A DNA stretch of 64,000 nucleotides from a virus: the IMG/VR virus record IMGVR_UViG_3300032308_002246, positions 109,963 through 173,962 of that record; one strand, written 5' to 3'. This document shows, in pieces, positions 10,134-20,911 of the stretch (its first letter is position 1; each line of letters opens with the position of its first letter). Under the pieces are notes generated by a model. That model worked only from the letters and a program-made list of their open reading frames with translations. It did no database searches and had not been told where the DNA came from. The position numbers and the translations under genes were made by a program.

Positions 10134-11374
10134 TGGCTTCAGTTTTTAATCGCCTAACTGGTTCTGCTTCAACCCTTTCCTCACTTGGTGGTTCTGAAGA
10201 GTGGTATGTTTCCGGTGCGTCATACACAAACTTGTTGAATTCAGATATACGAGTTGGAAGTGAATTTAAACAAGTTGAACTAACCCCAACCGCAAGCGCA
10301 TGCTATTTACGAATTGACTCGGTAAACATGGATGCTTCCGACTATCAGTACGCTGCCCAAATGACTTTTGGCGTCAACATGCCAGCTGGTGGAGAAATCA
10401 ATGTAAAAATATTTGATGATGGAAGTCAAATAGAATCTTATGGTTTAACGAATTTTACAATCCCGCCAACAACAAGCTCCCTTTATTCAAGTTCTCTCCA
10501 AAATCCAGCTTGGCGGGTATACAGAACAAACGAAATGTATGTTCCAAGCTACAACGGAGCACATCCAGTAGTTTCAATTGAGATTGAATTCATTCCAGAT
10601 AATCAATCAGACAAGATATATTTTACAAGTCCGATTCTTTGCAGCTCTACTGATGCTGCAAGATTTGGAGAAGCATTGCTTCAGATGGTCAGGCATATTC
10701 CTGTTGAATACCTTGACACAGGAGACATTCAGCAAAATCCCGATTATGCTCTGCAACGTTTTGTTGATGTTGCTTTTGAGGGTCTTGATAGAGCCCTTAA
10801 GCAGTCTTTTTCTTTTCAACACTACGACATCTCTGAGGGCTACGACGAAAACGACATCCGGACAAAAAGTTATCTTGTCAATCCAGATGTAGCAGATACA
10901 GACGAATTAAAGTGGCTTGCTCAATTCGCCGGCACTGAACCAATTTCAAAACTTGAATCAAGCGCTGACCCATCTGACCCATTTATTCTTGGAGAGACTG
11001 AGGGAGATGGATTTAGTACTCTTAACGGTGGAGACGCTTTGAGATTCACCACATCAGCTCTTCTTGAGCCACCCTCAAATACCGCTGAACTACAAAAAGA
11101 GTTTTTGCAATGGCAAGCAACAAATGGGTATTACGGAATTAACGCAGGTTCGATTACAGCTGTTGAAGAAGCGGTAAAAAGATTGATGATTGGAGAGCAA
11201 CAGGTATCAATAACCCTCCAGCATGACGGCCCTTTTACCGTTTTGATAGAGACCCCATGGGAGCAAACATACGGAGCTTCCGAGGAAAAAGTTGGAGAAT
11301 CGCTGAGCGTTGTTGAGGAAGCAATTTCTTATGCAAAGCCAATCGGGGTAAAAGTAACACATGTATTAACATAG
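10133..11374 (+). CDS. Baseplate wedge gpI-like protein
   Basis: 'NPD.A...LKWLAQFAG', 'GSITAVEEAVK' and C-terminal 'KPIGVKV'. Confidence 0.65.
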   Translation: MASVFNRLTGSASTLSSLGGSEEWYVSGASYTNLLNSDIRVGSEFKQVELTPTASACYLRIDSVNMDASDYQYAAQMTFGVNMPAGGEINVKIFDDGSQIESYGLTNFTIPPTTSSLYSSSLQNPAWRVYRTNEMYVPSYNGAHPVVSIEIEFIPDNQSDKIYFTSPILCSSTDAARFGEALLQMVRHIPVEYLDTGDIQQNPDYALQRFVDVAFEGLDRALKQSFSFQHYDISEGYDENDIRTKSYLVNPDVADTDELKWLAQFAGTEPISKLESSADPSDPFILGETEGDGFSTLNGGDALRFTTSALLEPPSNTAELQKEFLQWQATNGYYGINAGSITAVEEAVKRLMIGEQQVSITLQHDGPFTVLIETPWEQTYGASEEKVGESLSVVEEAISYAKPIGVKVTHVLT

Positions 11375-11381
11375 GGGGCAC

Positions 11382-11636
11382 ATGGAAGAAGATGACAAGA
11401 AAAACATGAAGTACGACTTTGATTCTTTTGTTCGTGACTCTCTTCCCAACAAGCTCGTATCCAATTTTATAATTGTTGCCGAAATAGTAAATGAAGCCGG
11501 AACGGAACTTTCAATATCTTGCTCGACTTCAATGACCCCATGGCTTGCTTCTGGCATGCTCAGGTCAGCCGAGGACATGATATTAAGCGGTGAAAACAGC
11601 TTTATGGATGAAGGCTTTAGTGAAGAAGAAGAGTAG
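11382..11636 (+). CDS. Small acidic hypothetical protein
   Basis: ORF with a GGGGG SD-like site, in the operon. Confidence 0.5.
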   Translation: MEEDDKKNMKYDFDSFVRDSLPNKLVSNFIIVAEIVNEAGTELSISCSTSMTPWLASGMLRSAEDMILSGENSFMDEGFSEEEE

Positions 11637-11701
11637 GTCTAGTCGCCTAAAAAGTGCGATTGTTAATCTAAACTCTTAATAGTAAATAATTGGAGTACAA
11701 A

Positions 11702-12118
11702 ATGTCAATGGTTGCAGGAAGATACAATATAACTTGTCAGCAGGGTTCTACTTTTGACATGCAGCTGACCCTTCAGTACACAAATCCCGACTATCCAGCT
11801 GAGTGCGCTGATGTCAATGTTTGCCCAGAGTTTCTTGTTTGGGACCTAACCGGATATACAGCAAGAATGCAGGTAAGAAAGTACATTGATTCTGCAACTG
11901 CAATAGCCACACTGAATACGGAAAACCTCTCTAGTTTTAGAATTACTCTTGGTAATCCAGACCCAGAAGATGGGACTATTTCTCTTTTTATGCGCGCCGA
12001 AGACACCAGAGCGATAACCACATCTGGGGTTTATGACATTGAAATAATTGCGCCAAATAACGAAGTTGACAGAATACTCCAAGGCGAATTTATTCTTTCA
12101 CCAGAGGTAACGCGATGA
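11702..12118 (+). CDS. Tail/baseplate accessory (fibre attachment-type) protein
   Basis: 'QGSTF...DLTGYTARMQVR...GVYDIEI...RILQG.F...PEVT' pattern common in phage structural modules. Confidence 0.6.
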   Translation: MSMVAGRYNITCQQGSTFDMQLTLQYTNPDYPAECADVNVCPEFLVWDLTGYTARMQVRKYIDSATAIATLNTENLSSFRITLGNPDPEDGTISLFMRAEDTRAITTSGVYDIEIIAPNNEVDRILQGEFILSPEVTR

Positions 12119-12549
12119 CCGAAAATGTAGTCCAAGTAATAACTACGGAGACCCCCAACAGGGTTCTTATCACCACAACTCGTGCACCAGCTGTACAACA
12201 GTTCACCTACCAAGTCCAGGTTTTTACCGTTCCAGGAACCCTAAGCGTAGGAACCGGAAGGGCAAAGTTCTATATTCCAGGCCCAATAACACTCGGAAAT
12301 GTCAGAGCTTCTGTGGGCACAGCCCCAACAGGTGCAGACATAACTATAGATGTAAACAAAAACGGAACTACCGTTTTTACAACGCAAACAAACAGGCCAA
12401 AAATTTTTGCTGGCCAAACTCTCGTGTCAACATCTACGCCAAATATTACAGAATTCACTACCGGTGATTTTATAACAGTTGACATTGACTCAATAGGTTC
12501 TCTTAACCCTGGGAGCGACCTAACAGTTCAAATAGAATTTACTCCTTAG
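12115..12549 (+). CDS. Virion structural protein (beta-sandwich)
   Basis: 'ASVGTAPTGA.I.IDVNKNG...GD.ITVDID.IGS..PG.DL.V' domain seen in phage tail proteins. Confidence 0.55.
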   Translation: MTENVVQVITTETPNRVLITTTRAPAVQQFTYQVQVFTVPGTLSVGTGRAKFYIPGPITLGNVRASVGTAPTGADITIDVNKNGTTVFTTQTNRPKIFAGQTLVSTSTPNITEFTTGDFITVDIDSIGSLNPGSDLTVQIEFTP

Positions 12550-12602
12550 GTGTATTCTAGTATCAAGCGGTATTAACCGGTCCCTAGCACAAAGGTGTCA
12601 TC

Positions 12603-12971
12603 ATGACAATTTCAAATTACTTAGAAGACAAACTACTCGACACCTTGCGTGGTTCGGGTTTAGCTTACTCGTCTGATTCTACTTGGCTCAAGCTTCATAT
12701 CGGAGACCCGGGCGAAGATGGTACTGGCAACCCAGCAACAGAGGCAACTCGTAAGGCTGTTTATTTTTCTGCTGCTTCAACAGGTTCAATGAGTTCTTCA
12801 GCAATAGTTGAATGGACTCTTGTTGCTGCAACAGAAACCTACTCACATTGGTCAATGTGGGATGACGAAACAGCAGGAGACTGCCTCTGGTACGGTTCTC
12901 TTTCTGCAAGCGCTTCTGTTACCGCAGGCGACACTTTCGAGATTACTTCTCTTACACTGACACTCGACTAA
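12603..12971 (+). CDS. Small tail-fibre-associated protein
   Basis: 'SNYLE.KLLD...LH.GDPGE...WD..TAG..L..G.L......GD.F' pattern. Confidence 0.6.
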   Translation: MTISNYLEDKLLDTLRGSGLAYSSDSTWLKLHIGDPGEDGTGNPATEATRKAVYFSAASTGSMSSSAIVEWTLVAATETYSHWSMWDDETAGDCLWYGSLSASASVTAGDTFEITSLTLTLD

Positions 12972-12993
12972 TCCACAAGGGGAGTGACCCCTC

Positions 12994-15900
12994 ATGGATG
13001 AACAAGAGATAATTAGTTTCTCGGAGCCGTTCCGAGGGACGTCGTCGTTCTATGTAGGATTTAAAACAGTATCGGAGGCTGCCTCCGCTGCAGCAAGTGG
13101 TTCTTCGTCTGTATCACAACTTCATACGGCGATAAGAACAGCTTCAGCATCTGCTACATCTGGCCACGCCATTGTCTCTGTTCATATTTCACCACGAGGG
13201 GCCACTGGCTCTGGTTCTGCAACAGCTGGCGACGAAGCAATTGGCTTACATACTGCGCCAAGACAAGCTTCGGCTTCTGCTAATGGAAGCAGCACCTCTA
13301 CTGGTCTACATACAGCACCACGAAGCGCAACAGGAAGTGGAACAGGCTCTTCAAGCAATATAAGTGAAGTAATAACATTCCTTAGAGCTGCAAGCGCATC
13401 AGGTGGTGCAACCGCAAGCGACGAAGCAATTGGCCTTCACACGGCCCCAAGAGGGGCAACTGGTTCTGGTCAGTCTAGTGAATCATCAACAAGAGTTAGA
13501 ACAGCTGTTGTTTCGGCTACCGGTTCTGCAACAAGTGGTTCAACTGCAATTGGTCTGCACACTGCTCCAAGAACAGCAACTGCAGATGGACAGTCAAGTG
13601 AATCTGCAACAAGACTCATCATTTCACCAAGAAGCGTTACTGGTTCAGGAAATGGCGATTCATTTGTTTCCGCCCTTCATACACACCTCAGAACTGCTTC
13701 GGCTAGCGGTTTAGGTACATCCAATAACTCAATCCTTTACTCAAACCTCAGAACTGCTCAAGGTTCAGGTTCCGCAACTGCAGGTGACACTGCATTAATT
13801 CTTCATTCGAGTCTCAGAACTGCCAGTGCTTCTGGAAGCGGTTCTGAAAGTTCATCATCATTCAAGACTTCAGTCAGAACAGGTTCTGCAGCAGGACAAT
13901 CTTCTGAGTCTTCAAATGGTCTGCATACAGCACCACGAACAGCAAGCGGAAATGGTGATGGAGATTCATCGGTTTCTCAACTGTTCACACATCTCAGAAC
14001 TGCATCTGCTTCTGGAGTCGGTTCGTCGAACAACTCAGTTCTTTATTCAAATATCAGAACTGCTCAAGGTTCTGGTTCTGCAACCGCCGGAGATGAAGCA
14101 ACAATTCTTCACTCTTCACTTAGAACAGCATCTGCTAGTGGGGCAGGTTCAGAAACATCTGAAGAAAAGAGCACATTCTTTAGAACGGCTTCAGCTTCTA
14201 GTGATGGTTCTTCAACATCAGAAGAATTGCGAACCATCTTTAGAACTGGTTCGGCGGCAGGACAGTCTGGCTCGCTTGTATCTTTCAGATACGGAAAAAT
14301 CAGAACTGCTTCTGCATCTGGTGGGGCGACCGCTAACGATGAAGCACTCATCCTTCATACCTCAATCCGAACAGCGAGCGGAGATGGTGATGGCTCTTCA
14401 ACCTCGTCTTCGTTTAAGACTCCTCTAAGAACAGCAAGCGCTTCAGGCCAAGGCTCTGATACGGCGCTTGGTCTGCACGTGGCGCCAAGAACTGCTGATG
14501 GCTCAGGTTCTGGAGATTCATCAGCTTCTATCGTCACTACGTTCATCAGAACTGCAACTGGTTCTGGACTTGGTTCATCCAATAACTCGATTCTGTATTC
14601 GAATATCAGGACAGCTCAGGGTTCTGGTTCTGCGACTGCTGGAGACGAAGCACTCACACTCCATTCCAACCTCAGAACAGCGAGCGCATCTGGCGTTGGC
14701 TCATCAAGCGAGTCTTCATTTAAGACTCCTCTTAGAGCAGCGAGTGCTTCTGGTCAGGGTTCTGAAAGTTCAGACGGACTTCATATTGCACCAAGAACTG
14801 CAGATGGTTCTGGCTCTGGAGATTCGTCGACTTCAATTGTTACTACTTTCATCCGTACGGCATCAGCTGCTGGAATTGGTGGTTCAAACAATACCGTTCT
14901 CTACTCGAATATCAGGACTGCAAATGGTTCTGGTTCAGCAACGGCTGGAGACGAAGCAATTGGATTGCATACTGCTCCACGTTCAGCTGATGGTTCAGGA
15001 AGTGGTTCAGAAAATTCCTCATCATTCAAGACCCCTACAAGAACAGCAAGTGCTAGTGGAAATGGTTCAAGTTCGTCTGACGGATTGCATATTGCTCCGC
15101 GAACAGCAAGTGGTTCTGGAGAGGGTGATTCAACTTCGCAGATTGTTACCACGTTCATCAGAACTGCTTTGGGTTCTGGAGTTGGAACTTCTAATAACTC
15201 AATCCTTTATTCAAACCTTAGAACAGCACAAGGCTCGGGTTCGGCAACGGCTGGCGATGAAGCAATTGGCCTGCACATCGCACCTCGAACGGCAACCGGT
15301 GAAGGAACTGGCAGTTCAAGCGCCTCAATCCTTTATAGCAATCTTCGTGCCGCAAGTGCATCCGGTGGCGCAACAGCTGGAGACGAAGCAGTTGGCCTGC
15401 ATACAGCTCCAAGAAGCGCAACTGGTTCTGGAGCTGGCACAGAGAGTACTGATGAGTTCAAGATTCTTTACAGAACATCTGTATCTGCTGGAATATCAAG
15501 TCAAACAGCAACTGGTCTGCACGTTGCACCAAGAGCTGCTACTGGTTCTGGTTCTGCCACAGCTGGAGACACCGCACTTGGACTTCATATTGCACCAAGA
15601 ACGGCAACCGGAAATGGAACAAGCGGTTCAAGCAATACAACTCTCCAAAGCAATCTTCGTTCAGCAACTGCTTCTGGCGGTGCAACTGCAGGTGATGCAG
15701 CAACTGGTCTTCATATTGCACCAAGAACTGCAGATGGAAATGGAGCTGGAGATTCGGCGACATCAATCTTCACAACATTTATCAGAACCGCATCTGGTTC
15801 TGGTTTTGGGAATTCAAACAACACCATCTTGTACTCAAACCTCAGGACAGCTTTGGGTACTGGTTCTGCGACTGCCGGCGATGAAGCAGTTGGATTGCAT

Positions 15901-16329
15901 TCACATCTTCGAAATGCAACCGGCGAAGGAACCAGCGGTCAAAGTGCCTCAAGTCTTCAAAGCAATCTCCGTCAGGCAACAGCATCTGGTGGTGCCACGG
16001 CTGGCGATGAAGCAATTGGTCTACACATTGCGCCGAGAGACGCAAGTGGAGATGGAACTGGTTCTTCATCAATAGGTCAATTGCTGTCAGTTCTAAGAAC
16101 AGCTTCGGCAAACGGTCAAAGCTCGCAGTCAACAACAGAAAGTAGAAGCGTTCCTCTTTCGGCAACTGGAACTGGTGGAGCAACTGCTGGTGACGAGGCG
16201 ATTGGACTACACATCGCACCTAGAACCGCAACTGGAACTGGTGTATCCGGAGGATTTGCAACTTATGACCAAGACCCAGTATCTGGTATTACAGCTGGAT
16301 ACTGGGGTATTCAAGCCCTTGTTAGTTGA
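12994..16329 (+). CDS. Ala/Ser/Gly/Thr-rich repetitive fibre protein (about 22-24 aa repeats)
   Basis: Dozens of R[TSA]A[ST][AG]SG.G... units, often with GLH[TI]APR or ILYSN[LI]R. Confidence 0.7.
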   Translation: MDEQEIISFSEPFRGTSSFYVGFKTVSEAASAAASGSSSVSQLHTAIRTASASATSGHAIVSVHISPRGATGSGSATAGDEAIGLHTAPRQASASANGSSTSTGLHTAPRSATGSGTGSSSNISEVITFLRAASASGGATASDEAIGLHTAPRGATGSGQSSESSTRVRTAVVSATGSATSGSTAIGLHTAPRTATADGQSSESATRLIISPRSVTGSGNGDSFVSALHTHLRTASASGLGTSNNSILYSNLRTAQGSGSATAGDTALILHSSLRTASASGSGSESSSSFKTSVRTGSAAGQSSESSNGLHTAPRTASGNGDGDSSVSQLFTHLRTASASGVGSSNNSVLYSNIRTAQGSGSATAGDEATILHSSLRTASASGAGSETSEEKSTFFRTASASSDGSSTSEELRTIFRTGSAAGQSGSLVSFRYGKIRTASASGGATANDEALILHTSIRTASGDGDGSSTSSSFKTPLRTASASGQGSDTALGLHVAPRTADGSGSGDSSASIVTTFIRTATGSGLGSSNNSILYSNIRTAQGSGSATAGDEALTLHSNLRTASASGVGSSSESSFKTPLRAASASGQGSESSDGLHIAPRTADGSGSGDSSTSIVTTFIRTASAAGIGGSNNTVLYSNIRTANGSGSATAGDEAIGLHTAPRSADGSGSGSENSSSFKTPTRTASASGNGSSSSDGLHIAPRTASGSGEGDSTSQIVTTFIRTALGSGVGTSNNSILYSNLRTAQGSGSATAGDEAIGLHIAPRTATGEGTGSSSASILYSNLRAASASGGATAGDEAVGLHTAPRSATGSGAGTESTDEFKILYRTSVSAGISSQTATGLHVAPRAATGSGSATAGDTALGLHIAPRTATGNGTSGSSNTTLQSNLRSATASGGATAGDAATGLHIAPRTADGNGAGDSATSIFTTFIRTASGSGFGNSNNTILYSNLRTALGTGSATAGDEAVGLHSHLRNATGEGTSGQSASSLQSNLRQATASGGATAGDEAIGLHIAPRDASGDGTGSSSIGQLLSVLRTASANGQSSQSTTESRSVPLSATGTGGATAGDEAIGLHIAPRTATGTGVSGGFATYDQDPVSGITAGYWGIQALVS

Positions 16330-16352
16330 GATGAAGTAAACTAGGAGTAATC

Positions 16353-19300
16353 ATGGCAGCATATACACGCAAACAATATTCGGGCGCTGCTCGTAATACG
16401 ACTACAACAACACTCTTGACGAATGTTGGAACAACAGTTGACATTACAGCGACCACTGGATGGCCATCTATTGCTGGCATCCCTTTTTATGTTGTAATCA
16501 GCCCATCTTCAATCTACGAAGAAAAGTGTCTTGCAACCATATCTGGCTCAACCCTCACTCTTGATAGAGCAAAAGATGACACTACTGCGTCAGAGCACCC
16601 AATCGGCTCAGTTATTTACCCAGTATTTACCGCAAACGACGCAGATGAAGCAAACGAACTTGTCTCAAAACTTACTACTACAGGCGACCTTCTCACCACG
16701 GACGGAACCAATCTGCTCCGTTTGGGAGTTGGCGAAGATGGCTACTTTCTAAAAGCAAGTAGTTCTGCATCAGCTGGTATCGAGTGGGCCTCAATCCCGA
16801 CAATCAACAACCTCAATGACATTGGCGATGTAACAATCAATGATGTTGAAGAATCAGATTTTCTTGTTTACAAAGCCTCGGCTTCTGCATGGATTAACGA
16901 AACAATCCACTTCATCACCGTCTCCGACACAGAGCCAACTGATGAAATAAGACAAGGCGACCTGTGGTACAACTCAAGTGAACTTGAGCTTTATACCTAT
17001 TACTCAAACAATTGGGTGCAAGTAACCCTCACCCCAGAATTTCTGAAAGTTGAAGAACTTGACAACGTTTACATTGACAACGCAAATGCTGGCGATGTTC
17101 TAACTTTTGACGGCCTTGACTGGTACAACGACAATGTAGTCAGTCTTTTGGGGCCAGATATATCTGCGGAAACCGTAACGGCTTCAGTATTCACTGGAAA
17201 CTTAACTGGAAACTCCGACACGGCAACTGCGTTAGAAACACCACGGACAATATCCCTATCTGGTGATGTTTCTGGCTCGGTTTCTTTTGACGGCTCACAA
17301 GATGTTTCCATATCTGCAACAGTTCAAATAAACTCCATAACCCTTGGAACCGACACAACTGGCAACTATGTAAATGATGTCGTAGCTGGAACCGGAATCT
17401 CAGTTACTCACACACCTGGAGAAGGTTCATCAGCAACTGTCGCAATCAATGCAACACTAGACAACCTTTCAGATGTAACTGTTCCATCTCCAACCTCTGG
17501 AGATTTCTTGAAGTGGAACGGTACGGCTTGGGTTAATGACCCAATCAACCTTGGCACCGATACTGCTGGGAATTACATGTCTGACCTTACACAGGGCACT
17601 GGTGTAACGATTACCCACACACCTGGCGAAGGCTCAAATGCAACTATCGCAATTGGTCAAGCAGTAGCGACTTCTTCGTCAGTACAGTTTGCTGCTGTTA
17701 CTGCGCCACTAGTTGGCAATGCATCAACGGCTTCAGCATTGCAAACAGCACGGGCTATCTCGTTGACTGGCGATGTTTCTGGTTCTGTTTCATTTGATGG
17801 TTCTGCAAATGCAAGCATCACTGCAACGATTCAGCCAAACTCCGTAGCTTTGGGCACGGATACAACTGGCAACTATATGTCTGACCTCACACAAGGCACT
17901 GGTGTAACGATTACGCACACACCTGGGGAAGGTTCCAATGCAACCATTGCGATTGGACAGGCTGTTGCAACTAGTTCTTCAGTTTCGTTTGCAAGACTAG
18001 AAACTACGGGAGATGTTTTAGTCGGCGGAAATTTAACCGTCAATGGAACTACCACGACATTAAACACCGAGACGTTATTGGTTGAAGACAACATAGTTGT
18101 TTTGAACTCTGGAATTACAGGTTCACCAACACTTAACTCTGGAATTGAAGTTGAGCGTGGAACTTCGGATAACGTATCAATGCGTTGGAATGAGTCAACA
18201 GACCGCTGGGAATTCACTAACGACGGAAGTGCATACAATAACGTCCTTCTGAAGAGCGATATCAGCTTGAATGATATCTCTGACACAGTAATTACGTCTG
18301 CGGCAAACGGTCAACTACTCGAATTTGATGGAACAAACTGGGTTAATGCGGTTCGCCCATCCAGCGAGCCGATGGGGCACGAGAATAAAGCTGACAGCGT
18401 AATTTCGTTCAACGAAGGCACAAGAACATTCTCCATAGCACCAGCATCTACCTCTTTTACGGTTTGGTGTGCTGGAAAACGTTTCGTAAAGACAACAACA
18501 GAAACTGTTCAAATTCCAGATACATCTGGTTTGTATTATATCTACTACAACTCAAGCGGAGTGCTTTCATATAGAACTACATACTTCGTTTGGGATACAG
18601 ACGCACCAACTGCTTATGTTTACTGGAATGAAGTAGACAACAAGGCTTACTTCTTTGCTGATGAACGTCACGGTGTAACACTCGATTGGGCAACACACGA
18701 ATACCTGCACAGAACTCGCGGTGCAGCAATCGCTAATGGATTCGGTGCAAATAACTACATTCTTGATGGCAATGGTTCATTAGATTCTCACGCAAAACTA
18801 GATATTGCTAATGGAACATTCTTTGACGAAGACCTTCAAGTTGACATTGCACATTCCGCAACCCCAACAGCAAATACATGGGAACAAGTACTTCAAGGCA
18901 ATGCAGAGATTCCAGTTTTTTACAGACTAAATAATCACTGGGTAAAGGATTCCGCAACTGAATTCCCAATGAAGCAGGGAACCGACAGGCCAAGATATAA
19001 CCTTAATACTGCTGGAACATGGTCAACACCAGATGTAGCGAATAACCACTTTGGTGTGTCTTGGATTATTGCTACGAATAACCTGAATGAACCAGTTATT
19101 GCAATTCTTGGTCAGGGTTCTTACACTAATAACGGTTCAGCGCAAGCGGAGTTTTACGCTTCACTTGATTTAGATGGATTCCCAATCGTTGAGTTTCGCC
19201 CTCTTTACAAGATTATTTATGAGTGCAAGACTTCATACACAAATACCCCAAGCGCACGAATAACGGATGTTATTGACCTAAGAAGCGTCATTTCTTCAGA

Positions 19301-19952
19301 CCAGGGTGTAGGTACAACACCAGTTTCTGACCACGGTTCAATGACTGGTCTTGCTGATGATGACCACACTCAGTATTTAACCGATGCGCGTCATGATGCT
19401 CTTGACCACACAACGGCAATAGGTTCTGCTTCGCTTGACGACATCGGCAATGTCTCGGCTTCAGCTGCTGCTTCTGGAGACTTTTTAAAGTACGACGGAG
19501 CCAATTGGGTTAATGACCCAATCAACCTTGGCACCGACACTGTCGGCAACTATATGGTCAACGTGTCTGCAAGCACCGGACTCTCAATCTCTCACACTCA
19601 GGGTGAAGGTTCGACTGCGACAATTTCAACAACTGGTGTTCAGACGCTTGGCGCAAAGGCCGGCAACTACACGCTTGCTGCTGGTGATGCTGCAGAAACA
19701 ATCATTATTATGGACTCAAGCTCCGCCAACGACTTGACTGTCCCAAGCGCTTCAGCTGTTGCGTTCGGTACTGGCACAAGCATCACCGTTGTTCAGCGAG
19801 GTACTGGCAAGACAAGAATCCTTGCAGGAGCAGGAGTAACGCTCTTGGCAACTCCTGGTCTTTTCCTAAGGGCAAGATACTCTTCATGCACAATAGTCAA
19901 AACAGAAAATGCAAACGAGTGGTTTGTTATAGGTGACTTGGCGGCATCGTGA
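16353..19952 (+). CDS. Long tail fibre protein ending in the shared C-terminal adaptor-like domain
   Basis: Repeated fibre modules (L.DV...GD.L.WNG..WVN, LGTDT.GNY, RTISL.GDVSGS.SFDGS). C-terminus NYTL...ANDLTVP...WFVIGDLAAS. Confidence 0.85.
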   Translation: MAAYTRKQYSGAARNTTTTTLLTNVGTTVDITATTGWPSIAGIPFYVVISPSSIYEEKCLATISGSTLTLDRAKDDTTASEHPIGSVIYPVFTANDADEANELVSKLTTTGDLLTTDGTNLLRLGVGEDGYFLKASSSASAGIEWASIPTINNLNDIGDVTINDVEESDFLVYKASASAWINETIHFITVSDTEPTDEIRQGDLWYNSSELELYTYYSNNWVQVTLTPEFLKVEELDNVYIDNANAGDVLTFDGLDWYNDNVVSLLGPDISAETVTASVFTGNLTGNSDTATALETPRTISLSGDVSGSVSFDGSQDVSISATVQINSITLGTDTTGNYVNDVVAGTGISVTHTPGEGSSATVAINATLDNLSDVTVPSPTSGDFLKWNGTAWVNDPINLGTDTAGNYMSDLTQGTGVTITHTPGEGSNATIAIGQAVATSSSVQFAAVTAPLVGNASTASALQTARAISLTGDVSGSVSFDGSANASITATIQPNSVALGTDTTGNYMSDLTQGTGVTITHTPGEGSNATIAIGQAVATSSSVSFARLETTGDVLVGGNLTVNGTTTTLNTETLLVEDNIVVLNSGITGSPTLNSGIEVERGTSDNVSMRWNESTDRWEFTNDGSAYNNVLLKSDISLNDISDTVITSAANGQLLEFDGTNWVNAVRPSSEPMGHENKADSVISFNEGTRTFSIAPASTSFTVWCAGKRFVKTTTETVQIPDTSGLYYIYYNSSGVLSYRTTYFVWDTDAPTAYVYWNEVDNKAYFFADERHGVTLDWATHEYLHRTRGAAIANGFGANNYILDGNGSLDSHAKLDIANGTFFDEDLQVDIAHSATPTANTWEQVLQGNAEIPVFYRLNNHWVKDSATEFPMKQGTDRPRYNLNTAGTWSTPDVANNHFGVSWIIATNNLNEPVIAILGQGSYTNNGSAQAEFYASLDLDGFPIVEFRPLYKIIYECKTSYTNTPSARITDVIDLRSVISSDQGVGTTPVSDHGSMTGLADDDHTQYLTDARHDALDHTTAIGSASLDDIGNVSASAAASGDFLKYDGANWVNDPINLGTDTVGNYMVNVSASTGLSISHTQGEGSTATISTTGVQTLGAKAGNYTLAAGDAAETIIIMDSSSANDLTVPSASAVAFGTGTSITVVQRGTGKTRILAGAGVTLLATPGLFLRARYSSCTIVKTENANEWFVIGDLAAS

Positions 19953-20911
19953 TTCCGGGCAATCAAGCCAGTGGTGGAAAGTTTATTGACCCACCAGATT
20001 CAATATCTGTAGTTCCAAACGCTCTAGGCGGTGCCAGCGACATAGTTATCAATCACACTGGTTATAAAGGGAAATCTGGGTCAGTTAAATTCAGGGTCAC
20101 TTCAAACACTGGGGTCAGTTCTGTTTCTGAAGCCACAAGTGGAACGTCTAGGTCCATGTCTCTGACTGGATTAAACAATGGCGTTAGCTACACGTTTTCA
20201 GCAGTCACAATTGAGTCTCAGTCTTCTGTCGAATCTTTATCTGCTGTAACTTCATCTTCATCACTTGTTGCAGGAGTTCCAACTGCCCCAGCTCAACCAA
20301 CTGTTTCTGCTGGTAATGGTCAAGTAACTGTATCGTGGAGCGAACCAGCAAATAACGGTGCAGCTATTACTAGTTATATTGTTTACTGGTCAACATCATC
20401 TGCTGCTATTCAAAGTTGGTCAAACTCGGTAAACACTGGTTCGACATCCACGTCTTATACCGTTACTGGATTAAGCAATGGAACCGCATACTATTTTACA
20501 GTTATTGCAGTCAACGCTACTGGTCAGAGTGCAAGGTCAGCTGTTTCAAGTGGAGCAACACCAGTGGTCCCAGGGCCACCACCTCCTCCGCCATGCTCTT
20601 GTGACGGTGTAGCCAGAAGACAGTACGGTTCATTTGCTCATCTCGACCCAGCCGGTTTTGGTTGGACATGTGACGGAACAACGAGCTACGAGTACTACAC
20701 ATATGGAACATGTGTTGGATGCCCTGGTGAAGGTGGTTACAACGGAGCATTAAGAAACGGTGTTTGTGGTTATGTCGCGCCTGCTCCTCCGCCTCCTTCT
20801 CCTCCGCCCCCTTCTCCTCCACCTCCATCGCCGCCACCCGCTCCTCCTCCTTGCTCAATATGCTGCTCTGGATGCTTTATAGACCCAAAGCTTGGACCAA
20901 TTTGTTGTTAG
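19949..20911 (+). CDS. FN3-domain 'tip' protein with Cys-rich and Ser-Pro4 tail (cassette 1 putative substrate)
   Basis: GTGA overlap with the fibre stop. Two FN3 repeats (GL.NG..Y.F), then PPPPPP, a 6-Cys block, SPPPP repeats and CSICCSGC...ICC. Confidence 0.75.
   Translation: MIPGNQASGGKFIDPPDSISVVPNALGGASDIVINHTGYKGKSGSVKFRVTSNTGVSSVSEATSGTSRSMSLTGLNNGVSYTFSAVTIESQSSVESLSAVTSSSSLVAGVPTAPAQPTVSAGNGQVTVSWSEPANNGAAITSYIVYWSTSSAAIQSWSNSVNTGSTSTSYTVTGLSNGTAYYFTVIAVNATGQSARSAVSSGATPVVPGPPPPPPCSCDGVARRQYGSFAHLDPAGFGWTCDGTTSYEYYTYGTCVGCPGEGGYNGALRNGVCGYVAPAPPPPSPPPPSPPPPSPPPAPPPCSICCSGCFIDPKLGPICC

Noticed and set aside
14468-16075. 535-aa alternate-frame ORF (and 13826-14428) inside the repeat fibre gene
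   Set aside because: Leu/Gln/Val-rich shadow produced by GCN/TCN/GGN/ACN codon repeats; no independent start signals or domain.
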